In this document: positions 1 to 8,160 of the stretch, piece by piece
How positions within the stretch are numbered: position 1 is the stretch's first letter
How the letters are laid out: each line of letters opens with the position of its first letter
IMG/VR virus record: IMGVR_UViG_3300044259_000245
Coordinates: 1 to 37,170 of that record
Strand: one strand, 5' to 3'
DNA: 37,170 nucleotides
DNA from: a virus
Taxonomy: Duplodnaviria > Caudoviricetes
Position numbers and translations under genes: made by a program
Notes under the pieces: generated by a model
The model's database searches: none
What the model was told of the DNA's origin: nothing
The model's input: only the letters and a program-made list of their open reading frames with translations

Positions 1-366
1 CTACCACTCAAGGGACTGTTTGCTCGCCTTAAGATTTTCTTTGTACATCATATAAATGTTACTGTAATTGCACATGTCAAAGCCGCTTTCACAGTAATCC
101 TCTATGACCTTATCCATTATTTTTCTATCTTTAGCTTTAGTGGCAAGCTTAAAGGCGTTGAGATTTTCCTTCTCCATCATACGCAACATACTTTCCTGAC
201 ACATATCAAAACCACTCTCGCAGTAATCCTGCTTCACCGTCTCTTTTATAAACTCAATAACTTCATTTTTCTGAGCTTCGGAGTTATCAAAATCCATAGG
301 GTGGATAAAACCAGCTGCTGCCATAAACGAGGAAAAAAAGAGAGGAATGAATAATAATTTGCGCAT
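1..366 (-). CDS. Hypothetical exported protein with duplicated DYCESGFDMC motif
   Basis: 121-aa ORF with a signal-peptide-like N-terminus (MRKLLFIPLFFSSFMAAAG). The Cys-containing decapeptide occurs twice. Lies outside the att site. Confidence 0.8.
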   Translation of the reverse strand: MRKLLFIPLFFSSFMAAAGFIHPMDFDNSEAQKNEVIEFIKETVKQDYCESGFDMCQESMLRMMEKENLNAFKLATKAKDRKIMDKVIEDYCESGFDMCNYSNIYMMYKENLKASKQSLEW

Positions 367-582
367 ATAGATTAGCTCTTCCTTTAGTTTTTAATAATGT
401 AGATGCGAAATATTACATCCAGAAATATCCTAGCACCAGAAAACTTGCAGGTCACATTCAGCGATTTTTGCAGATGAATTTTTATTAGATGAACCGTTTC
501 TCGGATACACCGTTCTTCCACATTCTAAGCGGTAAAGCCAAGAGGAGATTTGGGGTTAAGTTTTCATATAGAACTTTTTGCG

Positions 583-616
583 CAAAGAAAATCAGACCAC
601 TTAGCGTGGTCTGATT
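583..616 (-). terminator. Rho-independent terminator after the lipoprotein gene
   Basis: Hairpin AATCAGACCAC-ttagc-GTGGTCTGATT (590-616), followed by a T-rich tail on the minus strand. Confidence 0.7.
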
Positions 617-632
617 CTATAAATGATGAATC

Positions 633-1439
633 CTACGGTATGTATTTATTCTTAAGCTCATCAAGACGCTTTTGATCTTTTTCAGTGAAATTTACATCCC
701 CCAAAATAGGGTTGCCGTCAGCTCCATCAAGCCTAATCACACTTACTGTGAAAATGGCATCAGCTGGCGCACTTACCTTTCCCCAGCTAGAAAACTTGTT
801 GGGGGCAAGCTCCCAATCAGCTTTCTCTCCCGGCTCAAGGCCTCCGGATATCTGATAATTAAAAGCGTCACTGAACCATGGAACTTCACGATCCGGGCTA
901 GCGATAACACCTTTAAAATAAGCTCTGGATATTGCTTTTCCTGTGTTATTTTCGATGCTTAGTGAAACAATTGGTTGATCTGAACCATATTTCTGTTTCT
1001 CCATGCGGAAACGTGACCGTACAACTTTGAACGATTTCATTGATTCTAAGCTTGTTATAGAAGAACTCTTTTTCTCTTCAAGTTCTTTTATTTCCTGAAC
1101 AGCTTGCTCTTTTTCTTTTGCTTCTCTTTCTAGTTTGAGTGTTGCTGCGTAAGAAATAATTTGCTCGCCAGTTTTACCATTCAGTGACTGTTTCATTTTC
1201 TCTTCAATCACCGATGAATTGTTAGTCATCCCTGCCTGCATGAGCTCTTTAAAATTAATTTGGCTGAAAACGGCTACCTTCAAAGCCTCATCAAACTGAC
1301 TGCGCTTACTTTCAGGAAGTGATTCACGAACTTTGGAAATGGATGCTTTCATACTGTCATTAGTAGATGCATCTATTTTGGGTTCGTTACACCCAACCAA
1401 AGATAATACGATCAGACTAATCCCTAATATTCTTTTCAT
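633..1439 (-). CDS. Hypothetical lipoprotein
   Basis: Likely start is ATG 1439 (MKRILGISLIVLSLVGC), giving a lipobox LVGC. Coiled-coil middle and beta-rich C-terminus. The ORF-track start at 1535 is probably too far upstream. Confidence 0.8.
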   Translation of the reverse strand: MKRILGISLIVLSLVGCNEPKIDASTNDSMKASISKVRESLPESKRSQFDEALKVAVFSQINFKELMQAGMTNNSSVIEEKMKQSLNGKTGEQIISYAATLKLEREAKEKEQAVQEIKELEEKKSSSITSLESMKSFKVVRSRFRMEKQKYGSDQPIVSLSIENNTGKAISRAYFKGVIASPDREVPWFSDAFNYQISGGLEPGEKADWELAPNKFSSWGKVSAPADAIFTVSVIRLDGADGNPILGDVNFTEKDQKRLDELKNKYIP

Positions 1440-1572
1440 TTTTAATCCATCATAAGTTACATTCAGAAATATCTTATCACCAGTCAACCAACAGATCACT
1501 TGTAGCAAGCCGAACAATGGTATTTTTCTATTCAATAAAAGATTTCACCAAAATATCTGCCGCCATTTAAAT

Positions 1573-1600
1573 AAAAAAAAGCCTAGCTATTATGCTAGGC
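1573..1600 (-). terminator. Rho-independent terminator (probable original rplS terminator)
   Basis: GCCTAGC-N6-GCTAGGC hairpin (1581-1600) followed by T8 on the minus strand, just downstream of the rplS-like 3' fragment. Confidence 0.8.
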
Positions 1601-1640
1601 CTTTGAAAAATAACAACTTTCGGATGTTGCAAAAGCGCTA

Positions 1641-1659
1641 TCTTAGTTAAGACGCTCTT
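1641..1659 (-). other. Prophage attachment core: displaced 3' end of rplS (ribosomal protein L19)
   Basis: Minus strand reads AA GAG CGT CTT AAC TAA = E-R-L-N-stop, matching the enterobacterial L19 C-terminus (…IKERLN*) as recalled. No rplS sequence upstream. Lies next to the integrase module. Confidence 0.75.
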
Positions 1660-1750
1660 ATGAAGGACTATTGATATATATGATTATTTTATAAAATACA
1701 GCTAGTTATGTGTGTATCTGGTGCAACAGAGTGTAGCCTAAAACATGCTG

Positions 1751-1770
1751 CGTGGACAGATTGTGGACAT
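1751..1770 (+). promoter_or_regulatory. Putative integrase arm-type binding sites
   Basis: Direct repeat cGTGGACA-gat-tGTGGACA about 100 bp from the att core. Resembles the TGTGGACA arm repeats of P2 attP. Confidence 0.6.
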
Positions 1771-1797
1771 ATAAATATCATGCCAATTACAATAGAT

Positions 1798-2175
1798 TTA
1801 CTGCTTGAACATTGTTTCCATTTGTTCATAGAGTTCCTTTATCTCATGATTGGTTGGCTGATCTTGCTTGGTCAGCTTGTCAAACATTTTTTTTGATACT
1901 TCATCCAATGAGTTTTGATCTATGCTAGTAGCCTTCTTTTTAAATTTCTTTAATTTCCAAAATAAAATCTTTTTATGAAAAATCTCATGAATCCATGTTA
2001 TTAGCAAAGGTAAACTTAGTGATATAAACACAATCCCTTGATAATAAATTGTTGGGGATAAGAAAAGCACTAACTCTTCTTTATACTTAAATCCAATAAA
2101 AAAGGTTATTATTAAATTAACGAATAATGTTATCAAGTACACTTTAAGAGGAGTGCTAGGCTTCATCTTTTCCAT
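1798..2175 (-). CDS. Hypothetical two-TM membrane protein (moron)
   Basis: 125 aa, two hydrophobic segments then a charged tail. Very AT-rich. Overlaps the upstream gene. Confidence 0.7.
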   Translation of the reverse strand: MEKMKPSTPLKVYLITLFVNLIITFFIGFKYKEELVLFLSPTIYYQGIVFISLSLPLLITWIHEIFHKKILFWKLKKFKKKATSIDQNSLDEVSKKMFDKLTKQDQPTNHEIKELYEQMETMFKQ

Positions 2176-2704
2176 CTCCTTCCATTCGAGCTAAGTTAAT
2201 ATACCCTTCAGTTTCTTTATTATATTTTTTAAATTCATCACCAAGTTTTTTAGTTGTTAGCATTAGACTCAAAAGCATAGACAAAACTGCACCTTGAATA
2301 TAAAGATTAATATCCTTATCTAGGATGACTGGATTAGTAAAGAAATTCTTGTGTCTTACTGTAATCTCATATAAATCAGCAGACTCTCTATACATAACCA
2401 TGCTTGGGAAATTAATATCAACATTAACTTTATTGGCTATAATATATCGATGAAAAATGGCATCTGGAGATGATAGGTCACCAGATGGCTTAAATATAGC
2501 AGATGTATTAAAATCTGCCGAAGCCATATTAGATATTTTCTTTTCATAATCTAAATCACTATCATTAATTTCATTAAATGAAATAAAGAAATTTCTTTTA
2601 TTCCATTCTATCATGATAGAACTTTCAGATTTCCAATCATCAAGTATCTTAAATTCATTATGTTTTTTAATTGCTGAAATGATTTCAATCTTTGTAATTT
2701 CCAT
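2156..2704 (-). CDS. Hypothetical protein (moron downstream of int)
   Basis: 182-aa AT-rich ORF whose ATG lies 2 bp after the int stop codon. Confidence 0.75.
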   Translation of the reverse strand: MEITKIEIISAIKKHNEFKILDDWKSESSIMIEWNKRNFFISFNEINDSDLDYEKKISNMASADFNTSAIFKPSGDLSSPDAIFHRYIIANKVNVDINFPSMVMYRESADLYEITVRHKNFFTNPVILDKDINLYIQGAVLSMLLSLMLTTKKLGDEFKKYNKETEGYINLARMEGDGKDEA

Positions 2705-2706
2705 TG

Positions 2707-3753
2707 CTACCTCATAAATATTTTATTTTTTTCTTTATAACTTGATAATGGGTTAAGCATAATAGCATCTTCCAAATGATCAGGTGAAAAATGTGCATAT
2801 CTCATAGTTTCACGAATATTAGAATGCCCTAAAATACGCTGTAATACCAAGATATTACCACCGTTCATCATGAAGTGTGAAGCAAAGGTATGCCGCAACA
2901 CATGCGTTTTCTGGCCTTCAGGGAGTTCAATGCTCGTCATCGCCAATACTTTCTTAAAGGTCTGGTAGCAAGGTTTGAACATACGCCCTTGTCGTGTGGC
3001 TAATTCATCATGCAGCCACTGCGAGATCGGCACCGTTCGATTCTTCTTCCCTTTAGTCTTGAAAAAAGTCACTTTGCACGGAGACAACTGGGAACGGGTT
3101 AAGTTTTCCGCTTCGCTCCAACGTGCACCTGTAGACAAACAGACTTTCACAATCCACGCTAAATCCTCATTACCGTATGATTCACACGCCCCCAATAGTT
3201 CACGTATCTGGAGATGAGTTAACCACGCCATTTCCTTGTCTTCTTCTTTGAAAACACGGATACCGTCTAGAGGATTAGGCAAACTCCATTCCCCTAGCCT
3301 TTTTAATTCACTGAACACAGCTGTTAGATACTGTAGTTCTCGGTTGACCGTGATCGGTTTCACCGCCCAACGCTCTGGATTGTCATGATATCCGTTACTG
3401 ATTTCACCCCGTAACCGCTTATCACGGTAGTGCGCAAAATCTTTAGCAGTAAAACGAGACGCTATTGGGTCGCCCAACCCATCACAGACAATTTTCAGCT
3501 TTCCCATGCGGGAACTGATAGCCGTAAGAGATTGACCGTGTAAGTGATACCAGAGATCGATAACTTCACTAAGACGGCGGCGATCTTCTTTCTCTCCTAA
3601 CCACGGCTTTTCACTGGCTTCATTTAGAGTGTATTGCTCAAACGAAACCGCTTCGCCTTTAGTGGGGAATGTTTTACGGACGCGCTTACTGTCGCGCCCG
3701 TTAATACGAAAATCAGCGCGCCATTCTCCAGAGGGGAGTTTGGTTACTGCCAT
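2707..3753 (-). CDS. int: Tyrosine recombinase/integrase, P2/186/HP1 family
   Basis: Catalytic motifs TGARWSE, KTKGK, HVLRHTFASH and LGHSNIRETMRY. N-terminal arm-binding domain. Confidence 0.97.
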   Translation of the reverse strand: MAVTKLPSGEWRADFRINGRDSKRVRKTFPTKGEAVSFEQYTLNEASEKPWLGEKEDRRRLSEVIDLWYHLHGQSLTAISSRMGKLKIVCDGLGDPIASRFTAKDFAHYRDKRLRGEISNGYHDNPERWAVKPITVNRELQYLTAVFSELKRLGEWSLPNPLDGIRVFKEEDKEMAWLTHLQIRELLGACESYGNEDLAWIVKVCLSTGARWSEAENLTRSQLSPCKVTFFKTKGKKNRTVPISQWLHDELATRQGRMFKPCYQTFKKVLAMTSIELPEGQKTHVLRHTFASHFMMNGGNILVLQRILGHSNIRETMRYAHFSPDHLEDAIMLNPLSSYKEKNKIFMR

Positions 3754-3757
3754 ATGA

Positions 3758-4429
3758 CTAGTCGACCTGTATCTGCATAAAATATGCCATTAGTTTATTT
3801 TCAGCCGGAGAAAACGCAGATTCGATGGTTACATCAGATAATTTAAGTGACGTAGTTGACCCGTTTACTAACGTAACCCCTTCCGCGTAAATTATTGGGA
3901 AGTTATCTATAAATACGCTGTAAAAACCTGATTGATAATCAGCTCCCATATCATTCTTGATATTTAGTGAAATGTTTAAGTCAGAAGTCTTAAAACTACC
4001 GATAGAAAGATTGTTTTTCTTATATTTTTCAAGTTTAGATTTTAATGAAGGGGATATATCAAGGAAAACGAAACGCCCATCACGAGAGAACACTCGAATC
4101 TTAGGGTCAGATTCTTTAATTAGATTTGATGGACCATATGCAATAGGAAAAGAAAAGTGCGCGTAACTATTAAACTTCTTAGTAAAACACTCTTTAAACT
4201 CTGCACCTTGAATTATTTCGGGTATTGTTTTTGTTGCTTCAACAAGGCTTGCGGAAGGTTTTCTTGAATCATCGTAGCTATTACAAGTGGCAACCTCTAC
4301 ATATATATTGGCTGCATCATGTTTTATTTCTTTTCCAAAAATACCAGACATCGGAATAGTCGCGTCCATGTCGACTTTACACCCAGTGAGAAAAATGGCC
4401 AGAGGTAATAAAAAAAATCCTTTATTCAC
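3758..4429 (-). CDS. Lipoprotein moron between cI and int
   Basis: GTG start after an AAGGA RBS. Lipobox FLTGC. AT-rich. Lies in the lysogenic transcript. Confidence 0.8.
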   Translation of the reverse strand: MNKGFFLLPLAIFLTGCKVDMDATIPMSGIFGKEIKHDAANIYVEVATCNSYDDSRKPSASLVEATKTIPEIIQGAEFKECFTKKFNSYAHFSFPIAYGPSNLIKESDPKIRVFSRDGRFVFLDISPSLKSKLEKYKKNNLSIGSFKTSDLNISLNIKNDMGADYQSGFYSVFIDNFPIIYAEGVTLVNGSTTSLKLSDVTIESAFSPAENKLMAYFMQIQVD

Positions 4430-4447
4430 TTTATGTTCCTTTTTAAT

Positions 4448-5311
4448 TTAAATATGTTTTTCCAACGTTAAGAAAACTAGACCAACAGGTTTAACGTCAC
4501 TGACATCACAATCAAACTGCGCAGAACTACTGCTTACTTTGATCTTGTTACCCGGCAATCGAGCGATATCGCAAACATCAATAGCCCCGTCTAAATCAAC
4601 GAACCAGCGCCCGTTGCTGAGAGTTTTTGCGTCTCGATCGATTACCCAAGAATGTTTAGTGCCATCTACAAACGCAGGAGAGGACACAGAAGCAGGGATG
4701 AGGGCTTTGTCACACGCCCATGAACCAACGGATTTTAATTCGCCGGATAAGAGCTGGTATTTCGGGACATCCGTTACGTTCTCATTAGCGGGTAGAGAGA
4801 ACGCCGCTTCACCTTTCATGTCCCCCTGCCCTGTTACCAGCCACCTGAGAGAAACCCCCGTTTCCAGAGCGCAGGCCACAACGATATCACCGGGGAAAAA
4901 ATTACGACGAACCCATGAACTGATCGTGCCGGATGACAGGTTGAATCGGTCGCCTAGCTCCTTTTGCATTTCAAAGCCGTAGGCATCCAACATGCGGCGG
5001 AGAATCGGCTTACCCCCTGCCGAGAGCACCATGTCATAAAGGCTTTTTCCTACAACCCCATGTAATTTATTTGAGCCACCTTTTAAACTTGAATTTTCAA
5101 GCTCCCCAGTAGCCAGCCACTTTACGCTGATACCAGTATCGAGGGCGCATGTAACAATAGCATTACCGGGAATACTTCCTCTTTGCATCCAACCGCTTAC
5201 ATTGGATGCATTTATCCCCATAGCCTCCGCTAATGATTTCTGGCTATCAACATTGTAGGCGGTTAAAAACCGCTCATATATCGCATTAACATCGTTGCCT
5301 TCAAACCACAT
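4448..5311 (-). CDS. cI: 186-type CI immunity repressor with two tandem HTH domains
   Basis: Two homologous N-terminal domains (…CALDTGISVKWLATG and …CALETGVSLRWLVTG) plus a 186-CI-like C-terminal domain (GRWFVDLDG…RLPGNKI). Likely start ATG 5311. Confidence 0.9.
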   Translation of the reverse strand: MWFEGNDVNAIYERFLTAYNVDSQKSLAEAMGINASNVSGWMQRGSIPGNAIVTCALDTGISVKWLATGELENSSLKGGSNKLHGVVGKSLYDMVLSAGGKPILRRMLDAYGFEMQKELGDRFNLSSGTISSWVRRNFFPGDIVVACALETGVSLRWLVTGQGDMKGEAAFSLPANENVTDVPKYQLLSGELKSVGSWACDKALIPASVSSPAFVDGTKHSWVIDRDAKTLSNGRWFVDLDGAIDVCDIARLPGNKIKVSSSSAQFDCDVSDVKPVGLVFLTLEKHI

Positions 5312-5331
5312 AGCAATCCAACCAGTAAAAA

Positions 5332-5364
5332 TGTATTGATAAAAATACAATGCTGTTTTAGGAT
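5332..5364 (+). promoter_or_regulatory. Early lytic promoter (pR/Pe-like) with an overlapping inverted repeat
   Basis: TTGATA (5336-5341), 17-bp spacer, TAGGAT (5359-5364). TGTATT-N6-AATACA (5332-5349) overlaps the -35 and is a candidate operator. Confidence 0.55.
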
Positions 5365-5429
5365 GCCCATCAGTAGGACAAAATGCACGCCAATGCACTA
5401 AAACAACAGCCAACTAGAGATATTGATTT

Positions 5430-5654
5430 ATGACATCACAAATTGCAATCCCTTCCGGCAAGGACGTCATGACATATGACGAGTTTGCCGCCGCCTACGG
5501 GTACAGTCTGCGAACCGTTAAACAGATGGTTGCCGATGGCGATCTCCTTATTATGCCTCGTAAAAAAGAAGGAAGTGCCGCCCGTATTAACATGGTTGCT
5601 TTCCGTGCCCGGCTGCTACAGCAAGGTATCAATTGCCGTTACGTTGCTGCGTAA
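5430..5654 (+). CDS. cox: Cox/Apl-like excisionase and transcriptional regulator
   Basis: 74-aa winged-HTH-like protein (YDEFAAAYGYSLRTVKQMVADGDL…INMVA), divergent from cI. Confidence 0.85.
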   Translation: MTSQIAIPSGKDVMTYDEFAAAYGYSLRTVKQMVADGDLLIMPRKKEGSAARINMVAFRARLLQQGINCRYVAA

Positions 5655-5692
5655 GTTCAACTTAATTATTTAAGTTAACAGGGATGATGACT

Positions 5693-6202
5693 ATGTTTGA
5701 TTACCAAATGGTTAAACAACCGCACTTCAACAACGCTTGCCGGGCATTTTCCAACAAGCAAAATCTGGCTGATGTGGCCGAGCGTATCGGCATGAATGCG
5801 CAAATGTTGCGTAACAAGCTGAACCCAGAGCAGCCGCACAGATTAACCTGTGATGACTTGCTGGCAATCACCGATGTAACCGAAGACGCCACGCTGATCG
5901 ATGGGCTTTTGGCGCAGCTTAATTGCCTGCCAGCCGTGCCAGTGAACGAGGCAAAGGCGGAACGGCTAACCACGTATGTATTGCAGGCAACCGCCGCAGT
6001 GGGCGCGGTTGCTGCTGAAAGCGTATCGGATGAGCGTATGACGCCAGCTCGTCGCCATAACGTGATCGAGAGTATCAACGCGGGTGTGCGTTATTTGTCG
6101 CTGGTCGGCTTAACGTTGCAAGCGCGTATTCAGGCTAACCCCTCGTTAGCGTCAACAGTAGATGCACTAAGCGGTATTAGTGCGTCGTTGAATATTGGGT
6201 GA
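5693..6202 (+). CDS. cII: 186-type CII lysogeny-establishment activator
   Basis: MFDYQ…LRNKLNPEQPHRLT motif. Follows cox/apl. Confidence 0.92.
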   Translation: MFDYQMVKQPHFNNACRAFSNKQNLADVAERIGMNAQMLRNKLNPEQPHRLTCDDLLAITDVTEDATLIDGLLAQLNCLPAVPVNEAKAERLTTYVLQATAAVGAVAAESVSDERMTPARRHNVIESINAGVRYLSLVGLTLQARIQANPSLASTVDALSGISASLNIG

Positions 6203-6209
6203 GGTTGAT

Positions 6210-6389
6210 ATGAAACAAAAAGGCGACACCTGCATAAATGGTTATCGCCATAGGTATTTTGAACACGGGGAGGTAGTCAGAGAGAATGCTTACACTCTTA
6301 AGACAACACCTTCTTTAATTCTTCACGTTCAATATACGTCTGTAAGAACGCAACAGTGTCCTTTGCCTGTTCCAGCGTTAAGCCAGTAA
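6210..6389 (+). CDS. Possible small hypothetical protein
   Basis: GAGG RBS before ATG 6210. Its 3' half overlaps an antisense ORF, so it may be a remnant. Confidence 0.35.
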   Translation: MKQKGDTCINGYRHRYFEHGEVVRENAYTLKTTPSLILHVQYTSVRTQQCPLPVPALSQ

Positions 6390-6519
6390 AGAGATCCCCT
6401 GCAATTGGTAGTTGTGCTGGTTGCTTTAAATGGTAGTGATATCGGAGGCAAGCCAAACCGTTATGTACCTGATATTCAAGTTCAGCAGGAATGATTACAG
6501 GGATTTCTTTAGTAGACAT
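6298..6519 (-). CDS. Small antisense-oriented hypothetical protein (73 aa)
   Basis: ATG 6519 with AAGGA RBS and an upstream extended -10 (TGGTATTCT) on the minus strand. Confidence 0.65.
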   Translation of the reverse strand: MSTKEIPVIIPAELEYQVHNGLACLRYHYHLKQPAQLPIAGDLFTGLTLEQAKDTVAFLQTYIEREELKKVLS

Positions 6520-6643
6520 TAATAACTTCCTTATTTCTGGTTGTGTGGAAACACCAGAATACCATGCGCCGGGCATGGCTAAAACCCGGCATCTATTCGC
6601 AACCGTCTATCCGTGGGCGGTTACCAATAGGAAGGAGGAAACC

Positions 6644-6820
6644 ATGCAAGCACCAATATCAATAGCGCCGTTCCTCTGGTGGCACCAGACGGAGACAAAA
6701 CCCGATTCTACGATCACCAAAGGCAAAGGTCGTCAGGGGATCATCATCCGTACCCGCTCGGCAAATTATGCCCAGCGGGTTATCCGTTCTATCAAGTCAG
6801 GACTACGGGGGAAAGCATGA
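6644..6820 (+). CDS. Small early phage protein (58 aa)
   Basis: Strong AAGGAGG RBS, MQAPISIAPFLWWHQ…, ATGA-coupled to gene B. Confidence 0.7.
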   Translation: MQAPISIAPFLWWHQTETKPDSTITKGKGRQGIIIRTRSANYAQRVIRSIKSGLRGKA

Positions 6821-7317
6821 CAGCCTTTACTGTCAGCAGTATGCAGAACTTACCCGCTGGGCTGCGCAACGTGATCGGCAAACACTTTGCCGATAGCCGC
6901 TGGCGTGAAACCTGCGCGTATTACAACAGCCTGCATGAGCGCGACCGTTTAACTATCTGCTTTCATGCGCAGATGAAAAAGAGCCAGACCGTTTACCGTC
7001 TGGAGGAAATGCCAACCGCAGAGCGTGAGCGGATTGTTTGCGCAATTGATGAGCTGCGCCGCATGTTCTCGCTGAGCCGCAAACGTCGTGAAAAAACCTC
7101 GACCTTTTTAAGTTGGTTAAGTGTCGGTGAAAGACGGACGTTATTTTTTCATGCGGGATTAAGTGAAAATGAATTTAATCAGCCTTACTGGCGGATTGAT
7201 GATGTTTCATGTCCGTGGCGAAATAAAATATCACATGCCTTAAATGAGCTATTCAGCTTGTTTGAAGCCGCCCCCGATATCCTGACGGCAATTAAACCCG
7301 AAGAATATCTGAATTAA
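6817..7317 (+). CDS. B: P2 gpB-like replication protein (helicase loader)
   Basis: IGKHFADSRW…LTICFHAQ…CAIDELR…FNQPYWRI…IKPEEYL closely follows P2 B. Start ATG 6817. Confidence 0.92.
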   Translation: MTAFTVSSMQNLPAGLRNVIGKHFADSRWRETCAYYNSLHERDRLTICFHAQMKKSQTVYRLEEMPTAERERIVCAIDELRRMFSLSRKRREKTSTFLSWLSVGERRTLFFHAGLSENEFNQPYWRIDDVSCPWRNKISHALNELFSLFEAAPDILTAIKPEEYLN

Positions 7318-7379
7318 ATAACCACCTGAAATTAATTAGGCGCTTAACCGCGTCGGGACTCTCTTTATCTGAGGATTAT

Positions 7380-7628
7380 ATGCACATGTATAAAACAGTC
7401 GGTCAGGCGATGCACCGCAAGGCTGAAAGTGAGGGCATTCAGTTAATGCTTTCTCAGGCACGCACCGAGGCGAAAGCCGATGCGCACACGTCTTTTTCTT
7501 CTCGTCTGGACAAACTGGCGACTCATGCCGCTATCAATGAATTAAGCAGCGTGGAAATTATCGAATTATTACGGCAGGAATCCGACGCCTTTAATAATTC
7601 CGGGTCAGATATCAAGGCGGTGATGTAA
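7380..7628 (+). CDS. P2 Orf80-like protein (DUF2732-like)
   Basis: FSSRLDKLA…EIIELLRQES motif and synteny. Confidence 0.8.
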   Translation: MHMYKTVGQAMHRKAESEGIQLMLSQARTEAKADAHTSFSSRLDKLATHAAINELSSVEIIELLRQESDAFNNSGSDIKAVM

Positions 7629-7936
7629 TGGAAAACCCCGCTTATAACCGCGTCGATATCAACGGCAATTATGCAATAGCGAAAGTCGGCTATGACTTTG
7701 CGCTGGGCGAAATTAAATGCGGTAAAGAAGACGGTGACCAGCCTTATTTATCCACGCTGGCTGTTTATCAGAATCCTGTCAGCCTCATTAACGATTTTGT
7801 GCATCGTGCTATCGCCACCGAAATTTGGCGCGGGAACGTCACCGACGCAAAAAAATTGCTGGCCGAAAGCAAACGCTTTGCCGCGCTGTGCCAGTCAGCC
7901 TTTGACCAGCGCAACAATGATAAGGAGCAAGAATAA
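7628..7936 (+). CDS. P2 Orf81-like hypothetical protein
   Basis: Position between the orf80- and orf82-like genes; TLAVYQNPVSLINDF motif. Confidence 0.65.
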   Translation: MENPAYNRVDINGNYAIAKVGYDFALGEIKCGKEDGDQPYLSTLAVYQNPVSLINDFVHRAIATEIWRGNVTDAKKLLAESKRFAALCQSAFDQRNNDKEQE

Positions 7937-8160
7937 TGCCGGATGCTATGGACATGGTGCAGCAGCGCCAACAGGAAATGTTAGACCACCAGATCGCCAG
8001 CGCCCGGAACGCCCAGCGCGGCGTTTCTGCGTTCGAGTGTGAAGACTGCGATCAACCGATACCCGAGGCGCGCCGCGCTGCAATCGACGGCGTGACCCGC
8101 TGCGCGACCTGTCAGGGCATTCACGAACTGAAAGGTAAGCATTATCGGGGTGGGCTGTGA
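7936..8160 (+). CDS. TraR/DksA C4 zinc-finger protein (P2 Orf82-like)
   Basis: CEDCDQPIPEARR…RCATCQ and an N-terminal DAMD motif. Confidence 0.93.
   Translation: MPDAMDMVQQRQQEMLDHQIASARNAQRGVSAFECEDCDQPIPEARRAAIDGVTRCATCQGIHELKGKHYRGGL

Noticed and set aside
1600-1660. Possible stand-alone sRNA ending in the terminator at 1573-1600
   Set aside because: More simply explained as the displaced rplS 3' end and 3' UTR at the att junction.
1708-1896. 62-aa plus-strand ORF near att
   Set aside because: It overlaps the arm-site region and the antisense moron gene, with no RBS or motif support.
5312-5413. N-terminal extension of cI in the ORF track
   Set aside because: It runs through the promoter/operator region. 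The ATG at 5311 fits the domain boundary better.
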